Below are positions 49,526 through 59,023 of a DNA stretch of 64,000 nucleotides, piece by piece. The stretch comes from an uncultured bacterium (lineage in GTDB: Bacteria > Zixibacteria > MSB-5A5 > GN15 > FEB-12), in assembly GCA_965372795.1 (NCBI GenBank), contig CBDVDR010000001.1, positions 64,001 through 128,000 of the forward strand, written 5' to 3'. Position 1 is the first letter of the stretch; the number at the start of each line of letters is the position of its first letter. The notes under the pieces were generated by a model. The model made no database searches. It was not told the DNA's origin and was given only the letters and a program-made list of their open reading frames with translations. Made by a program: the position numbers and the translations under genes.

Positions 49526-50463
49526 TATTCGCTCTCCTCCTCTTTTCTCCCGGATAACAGATAAAGCACAGCCATTCTGACTGCCTGTCCGTTTGTAACC
49601 TGATCGAGGATTACCGAGTGTTTACTGTCTGCAACTTCACTTGTGATCTCAACGCCGCGATTGATTGGTCCCGGGTGCATAATAGTGTAATTTTTATTCA
49701 ATCTTTTTAGGCGTTCTTTTGTAACTCCAAACAGTTTTGTGTATTCACGATTCGATGGAAACATTGCGGCTTGTTGTCTTTCGAGCTGGATTCTCATCAC
49801 GTTGACAACATCAGCACCCTCAAGGGCTTCATCAATATTAGAATAAACATCACAGCCGAATTTTTCAATTTCATAAGGATGTAAGGTTACCGGTCCGCAA
49901 AGAGCAACCGAGGCTCCCATCGCTTTCAAGCCCCATATATTTGAACGAATAACCCTTGAATGTTTGATGTCACCGATAAGGACAACCCGGAGACCGTCAA
50001 TTTTGCCGTATTTTTTCTTGATCGTGTACATATCCAGCAGTGCCTGAGTTGGGTGTTCGTGGGCGCCATCGCCGGCGTTAATAATATTAGCATCCATGCA
50101 CTGGGTCAGAAAATATGGTACTCCCGAAGAACTGTGGCGAACCACAACCATATCTATTTTCATAGCTTCAATATTCTGAACGGTATCTCTAAGTGACTCA
50201 CCTTTTTTTACCGAGGAAGTTGAAGTAGAGAAATTTACAATATCAGCCGAGAGACGTTTTTCAGCCAATTCAAATGATATTCGGGTACGAGTCGAAGGTT
50301 CGTAAAACAGGTTTACAACCGTCATTCCGCGAAGAGTCGGAACTCTTTTAATCGTCCGATCAATAACTTCCCGAAAGGTATCAGAAGTATTCAGAATTAA
50401 TTCCAGATCTTCTCGTGGAACCCCTTCAAGACCCAACAAATGCCGTGAACTTAATCGACTCAC
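49525..50463 (-). CDS. pyrB: Aspartate carbamoyltransferase catalytic subunit
   Basis: EPSTRT, HPTQALLD, RIQLER, MHPGP. Confidence 0.97.
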   Translation of the reverse strand: MSRLSSRHLLGLEGVPREDLELILNTSDTFREVIDRTIKRVPTLRGMTVVNLFYEPSTRTRISFELAEKRLSADIVNFSTSTSSVKKGESLRDTVQNIEAMKIDMVVVRHSSSGVPYFLTQCMDANIINAGDGAHEHPTQALLDMYTIKKKYGKIDGLRVVLIGDIKHSRVIRSNIWGLKAMGASVALCGPVTLHPYEIEKFGCDVYSNIDEALEGADVVNVMRIQLERQQAAMFPSNREYTKLFGVTKERLKRLNKNYTIMHPGPINRGVEITSEVADSKHSVILDQVTNGQAVRMAVLYLLSGRKEEESE

Positions 50464-51032
50464 TTTTTAGTTCCTTTTGTTTTAGTTTTTCTGGTAGCAC
50501 GCTCAATTTTAACCTGATCAGTGCCATCTTTTTCCAAGACTTCCACGATGACCTGATCGTCTTTAGAGGTAGGAATATTGACGCCGACATAATCAGCCTT
50601 GATCGGCAATTCGCGATGTCCGCGATCAACCAAGACTGCCAACTGGACAGTTTTAGGTCGTCCAAAATCGACGATTTGAGACAAGGCGGCTCGGATTGTG
50701 CGTCCTGAAAAAAGTACATCATCAACCAAAATCACATTTTTGTTTTTCAATTCAAAAAGTATCTCAGTTGCCTGTACAATCGGCTGATCCAGTTTGGAGT
50801 GCACATCGTCACGGTATAAACTGATATCCATCAACCCAACCGGTACTTTAACACCCTCAAATTCTTCAATCATCTCAGCAATTCTTTTTGCCAACCTTGA
50901 ACCACGAGTCACAATTCCGATAATCCCAAGCGATTCAGGATCGGTATTCTGCTCCAAAATCTCATGAGTAATACGGGTCAGCGCCCGTTTCATTTTCTTT
51001 TCATCCAGAATAATTTCTGTTTTATCCGGCAA
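50460..51032 (-). CDS. pyrR: Pyrimidine operon regulator / uracil PRTase
   Basis: DISLYRDD, LVDDVLFSGRTIRAA, DRGHRELPI. Confidence 0.96.
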   Translation of the reverse strand: MPDKTEIILDEKKMKRALTRITHEILEQNTDPESLGIIGIVTRGSRLAKRIAEMIEEFEGVKVPVGLMDISLYRDDVHSKLDQPIVQATEILFELKNKNVILVDDVLFSGRTIRAALSQIVDFGRPKTVQLAVLVDRGHRELPIKADYVGVNIPTSKDDQVIVEVLEKDGTDQVKIERATRKTKTKGTKK

Positions 51033-51132
51033 TAGAACCTCCAGAAAATAGAAAGTAACTTATTGATATATATTTATTTAAGCAGTTAATATTTGAAGTT
51101 TTATAATTGTTCGAAAGGCTTAACATTTTTTT

Positions 51133-51165
51133 CCTTTAGCGACCTCACCGGATCACCTTAAAAGG
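51133..51165 (-). promoter_or_regulatory. PyrR-binding RNA hairpin
   Basis: CCTTTTAAGGTGATCCGGTGAGGTCGCTAAAGG matches the UUUAA + RUCCNGNGAGGY PyrR loop consensus, upstream of pyrR. Confidence 0.85.
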
Positions 51166-51271
51166 GACATCATATGTCATTACAAGTTTTCGGCTAATGC
51201 CGTAGTTGCATGATAATAATAGAATTTCACTTTCAGTCAAGCTCTCTTGTCATATTTGTTGAAATATATAA

Positions 51272-52747
51272 TTAATGCTGAAAATTTAAGATAGTGGATA
51301 TATTCTCTCTTTTAAAGAATTCGGAGTTGTATACGAACTCATAGGATTTATCATCTTTTAAATAGAGGATTTTATCAGAGACTTCTTTTATCAGATCGCC
51401 ATCATGGGAAATAATAATCTGCCCGATTCCTGATTCTTTCAATTTTAAAGATAAATTCACAAAACCACTTACACCCTCAGGATCAAGGGCGCAGGTCGGT
51501 TCATCAAACACAATAAATTTTGGAGATATGGCTAATACAACCGCAAAAGCCAGTCTTCGTTTCTCACCCATTGAAAGTGCCATCGGGTCGCGGTGGGCAA
51601 AACTATAAAAATCCAAGCCGACTATATCGAATAGTTCATTTAATTGATCTTTTGAGAGTTCATTCCCGAAATTCTTCGGACCAAACCTGACCTCTTCCTC
51701 ACAATTGGATAGAAAAAACTGTCGTTCTGGAAATTGGAAAACACCGCTGATAATCCCTTTGGATTTTGATTCTTCAAGTTTGCTCCCTTGAATATCCATC
51801 AAGGCATGATTTCCGGTTACGGGTTCCAATAGCTTACAGAAGATATTACCAAGGGTTGATTTTCCCGAACCCGAATTACCTACAATAGCTAAAGTTTCGC
51901 CGGTTGAGACACCGCAAGAAAGGCTTTCAAATACATTGCTCATACCCGGATAGTTAAAAGAAACTTTGGTGAGTTTCAATTCATGGGCGTGGTCTGTTTC
52001 AGGGTTTGTAGTATTACTGAGAAATCTATAATTTTTGTTAGTAGAATTATTTCGTGCTTTTAGTCCTGTTTTTTGGCATAGTTCAACATTATTAAAAACA
52101 TCATCTGGTTTACTATCAGCCGTAATTTGACCTTCATGCATCACCAGAAGCCGGTCGTATTTACGGGCAACACTTAGGTATTGAGTGATCCTTAAAAGAA
52201 TCATATCAGGAGCTTCTATTCGCAAATCGGACAAAAGATTATCCAGGGTATTGCGACCTTTAACATCCAGAAATGAATCGGGTTCATCCAGAATTAACAA
52301 TGAGGGTTTGAAGATCATCACCGACGCCAAAGCGACCCTTTGCATTTCTCCACCGGAGAGTTCTGAGATAAGTCTTTTTCTAAGATGCTGGATTGAGAAT
52401 TTGTTAAGAGTTTCAAGCAGGGCTGTTTCCATTTCGTTAAAGGGTACAGCCAGGTTTTCAAGAGTAAAGACCAGTTCTTTTTCGACGGTTGCGGCAACAA
52501 ACTGATTATCGGGTCTTTGAAAAAGCATTCCAACCGGAAGTTTCGAATTATTACCAAGCGATAATTCAACCTCGCCCATAGTTGGAGTATATAGTTGTGC
52601 CAGAATTTTTGCCAGAGTCGATTTCCCCGAACCGTTGGAACCCATTACACAAACAGACTCACCCTTTGCTATTGACAAGGTAAGGTTATCCAAAGCCGGT
52701 GCAACAGCCTGAGGGTATTGATATGTTACGTTATTAATTTTAATCAT
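51272..52747 (-). CDS. ECF-type transporter ATPase with two fused ABC domains
   Basis: GSNGSGKS, FQRPDNQ, LSGGE, LDEP; second GNSGSGKS, FQFPERQ, LSMGEKRR, FDEPT. Confidence 0.88.
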   Translation of the reverse strand: MIKINNVTYQYPQAVAPALDNLTLSIAKGESVCVMGSNGSGKSTLAKILAQLYTPTMGEVELSLGNNSKLPVGMLFQRPDNQFVAATVEKELVFTLENLAVPFNEMETALLETLNKFSIQHLRKRLISELSGGEMQRVALASVMIFKPSLLILDEPDSFLDVKGRNTLDNLLSDLRIEAPDMILLRITQYLSVARKYDRLLVMHEGQITADSKPDDVFNNVELCQKTGLKARNNSTNKNYRFLSNTTNPETDHAHELKLTKVSFNYPGMSNVFESLSCGVSTGETLAIVGNSGSGKSTLGNIFCKLLEPVTGNHALMDIQGSKLEESKSKGIISGVFQFPERQFFLSNCEEEVRFGPKNFGNELSKDQLNELFDIVGLDFYSFAHRDPMALSMGEKRRLAFAVVLAISPKFIVFDEPTCALDPEGVSGFVNLSLKLKESGIGQIIISHDGDLIKEVSDKILYLKDDKSYEFVYNSEFFKRENISTILNFQH

Positions 52748-52783
52748 AAAAAAAACCGATGCCCTAATTAACGACATCGGTTT
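52748..52783 (-). terminator. Terminator of the gcv operon
   Basis: AAACCGATG...CATCGGTTT followed by a long T run on the minus strand. Confidence 0.75.
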
Positions 52784-52801
52784 AAAATAATAAACAAATA
52801 T

Positions 52802-54253
52802 TTACTTTTTATAATTCACATCAAGATTACGGACCGCCCCGGCTTCATCGAGTCGACGAACCGGAGTATTATAAGGCGCCGAAGTAACAATTTCGGGATT
52901 CTCAATCACTTCTTTGGCAATTTGTTTCATAATTGCGGCAAATTCATCCAGTGTTTCTTTCGATTCTGTTTCGGTCGGCTCAATCATTATAGCTTCCGGG
53001 ACAATTAACGGAAAATAAACAGTCGGTGGATGAACACCAAAATCGAGCATCCGTTTTGCCATATCAGAAGTTTTTACGCCAAGTTTTTTCTGGCGACTGC
53101 CCGACAGGACAAATTCATGCATACAGTTAGTATCATACATCAGATCAAAATCTTCACACAAAAGCACTCTCAGATAGTTAGCATTTAATACTGCGTTTTC
53201 ACTAATTCTTTTGAGTCCGTCACCTCCGCAATTTTTTATATAGGCATAAGCACGAACAATATTCCCAAAATTCCCAAAGAAAGTATGAAGTCTGCCAATA
53301 GAATCAGGTCTTTTATAATCGAATTTCAATCTACCATCATCCAATTTAACTAATACCGGAAGGGGTAGAAACTTTTCAAGTTCTTTAGTCACACCAATGG
53401 CACCGGCACCCGGTCCTCCTCCGCCATGTGGAGTTGAGAAAGTTTTATGCAGATTAAAATGCATCATGTCAAAACCAACATCACCCGGGCGGAAAATTCC
53501 CATATTGGCGTTCAAGTTGGCGCCATCCATGTACATCAAACCGCCTTTGGCATGAACGATTTCTGCAATTTCTTTGACGTGGGATTCAAATATCCCGAGT
53601 GTATTTGGATTCGTCAGCATCATTCCGGCAACATCTTCAGTCATTACTTCAGCCACAGCTTCAGGCGAGATTATCCCTTTTTCATTCGATTTAATCTGAA
53701 TCGTTGAAAATCCAATTGATGAGACCGAAGCGGGATTGGTCCCATGAGCTGAATCGGGAATAATAATTTTCTTCCTGTTTTCACCTTTAGAACGATGATA
53801 AGCCTGCATAATCAACAGTCCGGCAAATTCTCCCTGGGCTCCGGCAACCGGCTGCAATGAGACATTCGCAAATCCTGACACTTCGCCAAGATACTCAGAC
53901 AGATTATACATTAATCTTAAAATCCCGGTCGAAGCAGAGCATGGAGTCAAGGGATGATGCGTTTGAAAATTAGGGAAATTTGCAGCCGCATCATTCAACT
54001 TTGGATTGTACTTCATAGTACATGATCCCAGAGGATAAAAACCTTTGTCGATATGATGATTTTTAACAGACAGTTCGACAAAATGCCGCATGGCTTCGCC
54101 TTCGGTTACCTCCGGAAGTTCCGCATCAGTCGTTCGGCGGTAATTTTCCGGAATTAACGAAAGTAATTCTGCTTCTGTTTTAGTTGTATCCGGAAGGGTA
54201 TAACCTTTCCTCCCGGATACGGATTTTTCATAGATGAGCTGTTTATCGTTCAT
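52802..54253 (-). CDS. gcvPB: Glycine dehydrogenase subunit 2
   Basis: PLGSCTMKYNP, SAHGTNPAS, NLHKTFSTPHGGGGPG, IEPTETE. Confidence 0.97.
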   Translation of the reverse strand: MNDKQLIYEKSVSGRKGYTLPDTTKTEAELLSLIPENYRRTTDAELPEVTEGEAMRHFVELSVKNHHIDKGFYPLGSCTMKYNPKLNDAAANFPNFQTHHPLTPCSASTGILRLMYNLSEYLGEVSGFANVSLQPVAGAQGEFAGLLIMQAYHRSKGENRKKIIIPDSAHGTNPASVSSIGFSTIQIKSNEKGIISPEAVAEVMTEDVAGMMLTNPNTLGIFESHVKEIAEIVHAKGGLMYMDGANLNANMGIFRPGDVGFDMMHFNLHKTFSTPHGGGGPGAGAIGVTKELEKFLPLPVLVKLDDGRLKFDYKRPDSIGRLHTFFGNFGNIVRAYAYIKNCGGDGLKRISENAVLNANYLRVLLCEDFDLMYDTNCMHEFVLSGSRQKKLGVKTSDMAKRMLDFGVHPPTVYFPLIVPEAIMIEPTETESKETLDEFAAIMKQIAKEVIENPEIVTSAPYNTPVRRLDEAGAVRNLDVNYKK

Positions 54254-54266
54254 ATTTTATAAAAGA

Positions 54267-55139
54267 TCAACCTTCAGTCTCGGTTACGATTCCTTTTAGT
54301 TCGTTAATTTTTTTCTGAGCAAACTCAACATCTTCAGATTCCGGGTACATTTCAATAAACTTTTCAAAGCGACTGATGGCATTAGTTGTATCAGCATCTT
54401 TCATAGTTATATAAGCACCCCACACATAAGCCTGTTCAGCTTGAGGTTTAGCTTTAAATTCCTCGGCAATCTTATCATAGTTTGTAACTGCGGTTTTATA
54501 ATCTTTGGCACGGTAATAAGTGTCAGCGACAGCCATTCTACTTTCTCCGGAAAGTGAATCAAGCGGTTCGCCGGCATCAATCACCTTTGCAAACCATCCC
54601 AGAGCATCTTCCTGCCCGCCGCGATATTTATATTTTTCACCGATGTCAAAAGCCATAGTGCGGTCAAAGTTTGCTTCTATTTTTACTAATAAGTCTTCGA
54701 GGGTACCGATACCCTGTTTATAATCACGAATAGTTTGGAGGAATTCATCAACTTCCATGTATCCAACAATACGATCAATTTCATTGCCATCTTTATCAAC
54801 GAGTACAGATGTCGGATAGCCACTGATGTTATATTTGCGGGCTAACATAGAATCAACTTCAGCGTTTATTTTTGCAAGAATTACTTCGTTAGAGAAATAA
54901 TCGATAGCTTTTTGATCCCTCAATACGACCGTATCGAGGCGTTTACACCACGTTCACCAATCGGTGTAAAAATCAATAAGAATATCCCGGCTGTTTGTCT
55001 GAGCTTGATCACTTGCTTCAGTATAAGTTGCAAAAAACGGAGAACCTTTTGCAGTCTCAACTGTTTGTTCAGCAGTACATGAGATAATAAGCATTACCAT
55101 CATCAGTACTACCAATAGATTTACTAATCTTTTCATCAT
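54267..55139 (-). CDS. Probable selenoprotein: lipoprotein thioredoxin (UxxC) with C-terminal TPR domain, about 290 aa
   Basis: ORFs 54954..55139 and 54267..54923 are in frame across one TGA (54954-54956): LIDFYTDW-U-TWCKRLD; YNISGYPT cis-Pro; lipobox-like IISC; hairpin right after the TGA. Confidence 0.88.
54918..54939 (-). promoter_or_regulatory. Candidate bacterial SECIS hairpin
   Basis: CCTCGATAC-GGTC-GTATTGAGG, 9-bp stem (one G-U) with G-led loop, beginning 14 nt after the TGA. Confidence 0.75.
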
Positions 55140-55172
55140 TCCTCCTGAATAAATATTTATTTTTTATATCCG

Positions 55173-55529
55173 TTATTCTTTTTTATCAATTCTGTTTACG
55201 GGTTTCCACGATTCTCCAATTGTTATCCCCAAAATTTCTATCGCTTCATCTTTGCAGGAGAGTGGTACCGAGATTTCAAAAAGAGCTTCCTTGGGTCCGA
55301 AGATAGAATTTAAGGGTAATCCAATATTTCCGAAAAACCCCGAATTAGAAATAGAAACAGCGGGGATTTCTGAAGTTTTCAAGGATTCAATGGCAAAATC
55401 GGACGACAGTTTATCCTGAATATAACCAATGATTACCCAATCCTCAGCTTTGACCAGTTGAGTATTACATTCTGAACAGACAGAAATTTCATCTGAATAT
55501 TCTTTGTTACATTTGGGACACAACATCAT
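55173..55529 (-). CDS. Zinc-ribbon + DUF2007-like protein
   Basis: CPKC...CSEC then SLKTSEIP...EISVP...DEAIEIL. Confidence 0.7.
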   Translation of the reverse strand: MMLCPKCNKEYSDEISVCSECNTQLVKAEDWVIIGYIQDKLSSDFAIESLKTSEIPAVSISNSGFFGNIGLPLNSIFGPKEALFEISVPLSCKDEAIEILGITIGESWKPVNRIDKKE

Positions 55530-56862
55530 TCACCGGAATTTCTTTTAAACTATTTACAAACATTTGAATTTCTTCGTCGGTTCGCTTCTCAGTAGCAGCA
55601 ATAATCAGACAATTACCAATACCTTTGAACCAGCGGCTGGCATCCAAGCCGGGTAAAATTTGTTTTTCTCCCAGCGACAAAATAATTTCACGAGCCGGGA
55701 CTGGTGTTTTAACAGTAAATTCTCTTACGAAAGGTAAATCAAAGAACGGTTCGAAACCGTCAATTTTAAAAATTTCTTCAGCTAATTTATGGGCTTTCTC
55801 CATTGAAAGCAGAGCTACTTTTTTAAGACCGGATTTGCCTAACAGACTCAAATAAACCGAGGCAATAGTAGCACAAAGCGCCTGATTAGTGCAAATATTA
55901 GAAGTCGCTTTTTCTCTTCTGATGTGTTGTTCGCGAGTTTGCAAGGTTAAGACGAATCCTTTTTTACCGTCAACATCTTTGGTTCGACCGGCAATACGAC
56001 CCGGCATCTGACGGGCTAATTCCTGTTTGGCTGCAAAAAAACCAAGCAATGGTCCGCCATAAGAAACTGATATCCCAAGCGGTTGTCCTTCGCCAACAAC
56101 AATATCAGCCCCAATTTCAGCCGGTGTTTTTAATAATGCCTGAACCGTTGGATCAATTGACATTATTAATTTTCCGCCGATTTTGTGTATTAACTCTGAG
56201 GCAAAATCAACATCTTCCAAATTACCAAAGAAATTCGGCTGGCTGATAACAACGCAAGCAGTGTTTTCATCAACGACATCTTCCAAACGGGTTAAATCGG
56301 TCAGACCGTTTTTCATGGGAAGGGTAATCAGTTCGATAGGTTGTCCCGACAAATAGGTCTGAACCACCTCACGGCACAATGGACTTAGGGTTTCAGTAAT
56401 AACCGCCTTACTCCGGCGCGTTGCCTTGACTGCCATAATTATAGCTTCTGCAACTGCGCTGGCTCCATCATACATTGAAGCATTGGCAATATCCATTCCG
56501 GTCAGACGACAGATATGCGTTTGAAATTCATAGATTACTTGCAGGGTTCCCTGAGCAACTTCCGGCTGATAAGGTGTATAGGCTGTGACAAACTCAGGAC
56601 GGCTTGCAATCGTGTTTATTGCAGAAGGAATAAAATGATCATATACCCCGCCGCCGGCAAAACAGATCAATCCTTTATGATTTTCATTGGACATATCTTC
56701 AATTTCACGAAGAAGGTCCATTTCAGACAGAGCTGGAATATTTAAAGGTTTTTTTAAGCGAAGTTCATTGGGTATATTTGAAAAAAGCTCATCTACACTT
56801 TTGACACCAATCCTGTCGAGCATTTTTCTTCGATCATCATCTGTATTTGGTATGTAAGGCAT
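55507..56862 (-). CDS. gcvPA: Glycine dehydrogenase subunit 1
   Basis: YTPYQPEVAQGTLQ, NASMYDG, QTREQHIRREKATSNICTNQ. Confidence 0.97.
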   Translation of the reverse strand: MPYIPNTDDDRRKMLDRIGVKSVDELFSNIPNELRLKKPLNIPALSEMDLLREIEDMSNENHKGLICFAGGGVYDHFIPSAINTIASRPEFVTAYTPYQPEVAQGTLQVIYEFQTHICRLTGMDIANASMYDGASAVAEAIIMAVKATRRSKAVITETLSPLCREVVQTYLSGQPIELITLPMKNGLTDLTRLEDVVDENTACVVISQPNFFGNLEDVDFASELIHKIGGKLIMSIDPTVQALLKTPAEIGADIVVGEGQPLGISVSYGGPLLGFFAAKQELARQMPGRIAGRTKDVDGKKGFVLTLQTREQHIRREKATSNICTNQALCATIASVYLSLLGKSGLKKVALLSMEKAHKLAEEIFKIDGFEPFFDLPFVREFTVKTPVPAREIILSLGEKQILPGLDASRWFKGIGNCLIIAATEKRTDEEIQMFVNSLKEIPVNDVVSQM

Positions 56863-56886
56863 TATAGCTTTCAGTATCCTATATTT

Positions 56887-57264
56887 TTAATCTACTAATT
56901 CTTTATAACTGTTTGCATCAAGCAAAAGTTCAACTTCAGCAGGATTTGTTAGTTCTATTTTAATGATCCATCCATCTCCGTAAGGGTCACGATTGATAAG
57001 CATCGGGTCATCATCAAGATTAGAATTCACTTCTAATACTTTTCCCGCAAGGGGCAGATACATATCAGAGACAGCCTTAACGGCTTCAATAGTACCAAAA
57101 GCCTGCATAAGATCAAAATTATCACCAATATTCGGTAATTCTACAAAAACGATATCGCCTAATTCTCCCTGAGCGTATTCAGTAATACCTAAAGTTGCAG
57201 TATTGCCATCTATTTTCACCCATTCATGTTCTTTGGAATATTTTAAATCACCCGGTACGCTCAC
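56887..57264 (-). CDS. gcvH: Glycine cleavage system H protein
   Basis: YSKEHEWV, LGDIVFVELP, IEAVKAVS lipoyl-Lys, DPYGDGW. Confidence 0.97.
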   Translation of the reverse strand: MSVPGDLKYSKEHEWVKIDGNTATLGITEYAQGELGDIVFVELPNIGDNFDLMQAFGTIEAVKAVSDMYLPLAGKVLEVNSNLDDDPMLINRDPYGDGWIIKIELTNPAEVELLLDANSYKELVD

Positions 57265-57281
57265 ATTGACCTCCGTTTTTA

Positions 57282-58742
57282 TTAGTTCTCACTGCTGGTT
57301 TCAACAGTTGCTTCTTCCTTAGTATCTTTTATTGTTTCCGAAGTTTCAGGACCAGACTTGATCGATAAAGAGATCTTCTCAGCCTCGTCTATTTGTTCTT
57401 TTTTTTTATAATAATTTTCAAGGAAATTGATGTCATATTTCCCGGCTTTAAAATCTTCATTCTCCAACATTTCTAAATGAAAAGGAATCGTAGTCGGGAC
57501 ACCTTCAATAATAAATTCATCAAGGGCGCGTTTCATTCGCACCAAAGCCTCTTGACGGGTTCTCCCTTTTACAATCAATTTTGCAATCATTGAATCATAG
57601 TAAGGCGGGATCATATAATCGGTATAAGCGGCGGTCTCCACTCGGACGCCAAGTCCACCGGGAATATTTAAGGTTGTCAATTTTCCGGGTGTAGGACGAA
57701 AATCCTTTTCAACATCTTCGGCATTGATACGACACTCAATAACAGCCCATTTTGGAATTAGATCTTCCTGTTTGTATTTTAATTCTTCACCCATTGCAAC
57801 CCGGATTTGATCCTGAACCAGATCAACTTCAAACGCCTCTTCGCTTACCGGATGCTCGACCTGAATTCTTGTATTCATTTCCATGAAGTAATAATTCAAA
57901 TCATCATCAACCAAAAATTCAATTGTTCCGGCACCGCGATAGTTTACTTTACGGGCACCGTTCACAGCCGCTTCGCCCATCTCTTGTCTCAGCTTGGGAG
58001 TTAAAATAGGAGAAGGTGTTTCTTCGATGAGTTTCTGGTGTCTTCTTTGGATCGAGCAATCTCTTTCCCCGAAATGAAAGACATTACCATGGGTGTCACC
58101 CATCAACTGAATTTCAACATGATGGGGTCCAACGATAAATTTTTCGAGATATAAATCGGGGTCACCAAACGCATTGCCGGCTTCTGTTGATGCGATATGG
58201 AAGCCTCTTTCAAGTTCAGCCATATCACGACAGACCCGCATGCCTTTTCCCCCGCCCCCTGAAACAGCTTTAACAATCACCGGGAATTTAATTTCTTTAA
58301 CCATTTCAGCAGCTTCTTCAAAAGTTGCTACAATTCCTTTAGAACCCGGAATTGTCGGAACGCCTGATTTTCTCATGACTTCTTTAGCTTTAATCTTGTT
58401 CCCTAACATGCGAATCTGAGCCGGAGTCGGCCCGATAAAAGTGATACCGCATGATTCACAGATTTCTGCAAAATCAGCATTTTCAGCAAGAAACCCGTAG
58501 CCCGGATGGATCGCGCCGGCGTTAGTAATTTCCGCAGCAGCAATAATCCGTTTCGGGTCAAGGTATGACAGTCCCGGTTGTGATTCTCCGATACAAATAT
58601 CTTCATCAGCAAACCGGACATGAAGAGCATCCCGGTCGGCTTCGGAATAAACTGCAACAGTTTTTAATCCGAGTTCCCGACAGGCTCTTATTATGCGAAG
58701 TGCAATTTCTCCGCGATTAGCAATCAGTATTTTATCAAACAA
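57282..58742 (-). CDS. accC: Biotin carboxylase
   Basis: ANRGEIA, HPGYGFLAEN, ERDCSIQRRHQK, EMNTRIQVEH, YDSMIAKL. Confidence 0.97.
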   Translation of the reverse strand: MFDKILIANRGEIALRIIRACRELGLKTVAVYSEADRDALHVRFADEDICIGESQPGLSYLDPKRIIAAAEITNAGAIHPGYGFLAENADFAEICESCGITFIGPTPAQIRMLGNKIKAKEVMRKSGVPTIPGSKGIVATFEEAAEMVKEIKFPVIVKAVSGGGGKGMRVCRDMAELERGFHIASTEAGNAFGDPDLYLEKFIVGPHHVEIQLMGDTHGNVFHFGERDCSIQRRHQKLIEETPSPILTPKLRQEMGEAAVNGARKVNYRGAGTIEFLVDDDLNYYFMEMNTRIQVEHPVSEEAFEVDLVQDQIRVAMGEELKYKQEDLIPKWAVIECRINAEDVEKDFRPTPGKLTTLNIPGGLGVRVETAAYTDYMIPPYYDSMIAKLIVKGRTRQEALVRMKRALDEFIIEGVPTTIPFHLEMLENEDFKAGKYDINFLENYYKKKEQIDEAEKISLSIKSGPETSETIKDTKEEATVETSSEN

Positions 58743-58945
58743 TGGACACCCTCATAAGTATTCCAAATTTTACATTCTTAATTAAGTTACACCTAAGACG
58801 GCATTATAATTCAAACTACGTAAAATTACAATAGGAAAGCAGAAAAATCCTATGCAAAATCAAGAATAATTTAAACCGTAACCTCTTATCCTATAACGGA
58901 ATCAAGGCATAACTCAGGAAGCTTCCGATTTATTGCTAAAAAACA

Positions 58946-58981
58946 AAAAAGGCTGTTAAATTATTATAATAAAACAGCCTT
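58946..58981 (-). terminator. Terminator after pilT
   Basis: AAGGCTGTT...AACAGCCTT followed by a T run on the minus strand. Confidence 0.7.
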
Positions 58982-59023
58982 AATTTTAAGAATTTGTTAT
59001 GATTTATTCAGATTGAAAATCGG

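Noticed and set aside
50426..50725. 99-aa ORF overlapping pyrR/pyrB
   Set aside because: Alternative frame inside well-supported genes with no independent evidence.
54954..54956. Simple nonsense mutation (pseudogene) or genome-wide UGA reassignment
   Set aside because: The TGA falls exactly on the catalytic position with a hairpin behind it, and TGA serves as a normal stop elsewhere (e.g. 16163-16165, 19903-19905), so Sec recoding is the better explanation.
58743..59023. Glycine riboswitch upstream of the accC-gcv run
   Set aside because: I could not find the conserved GGAGA...CCGAAG...CTCTCAGG aptamer pattern on the minus strand.
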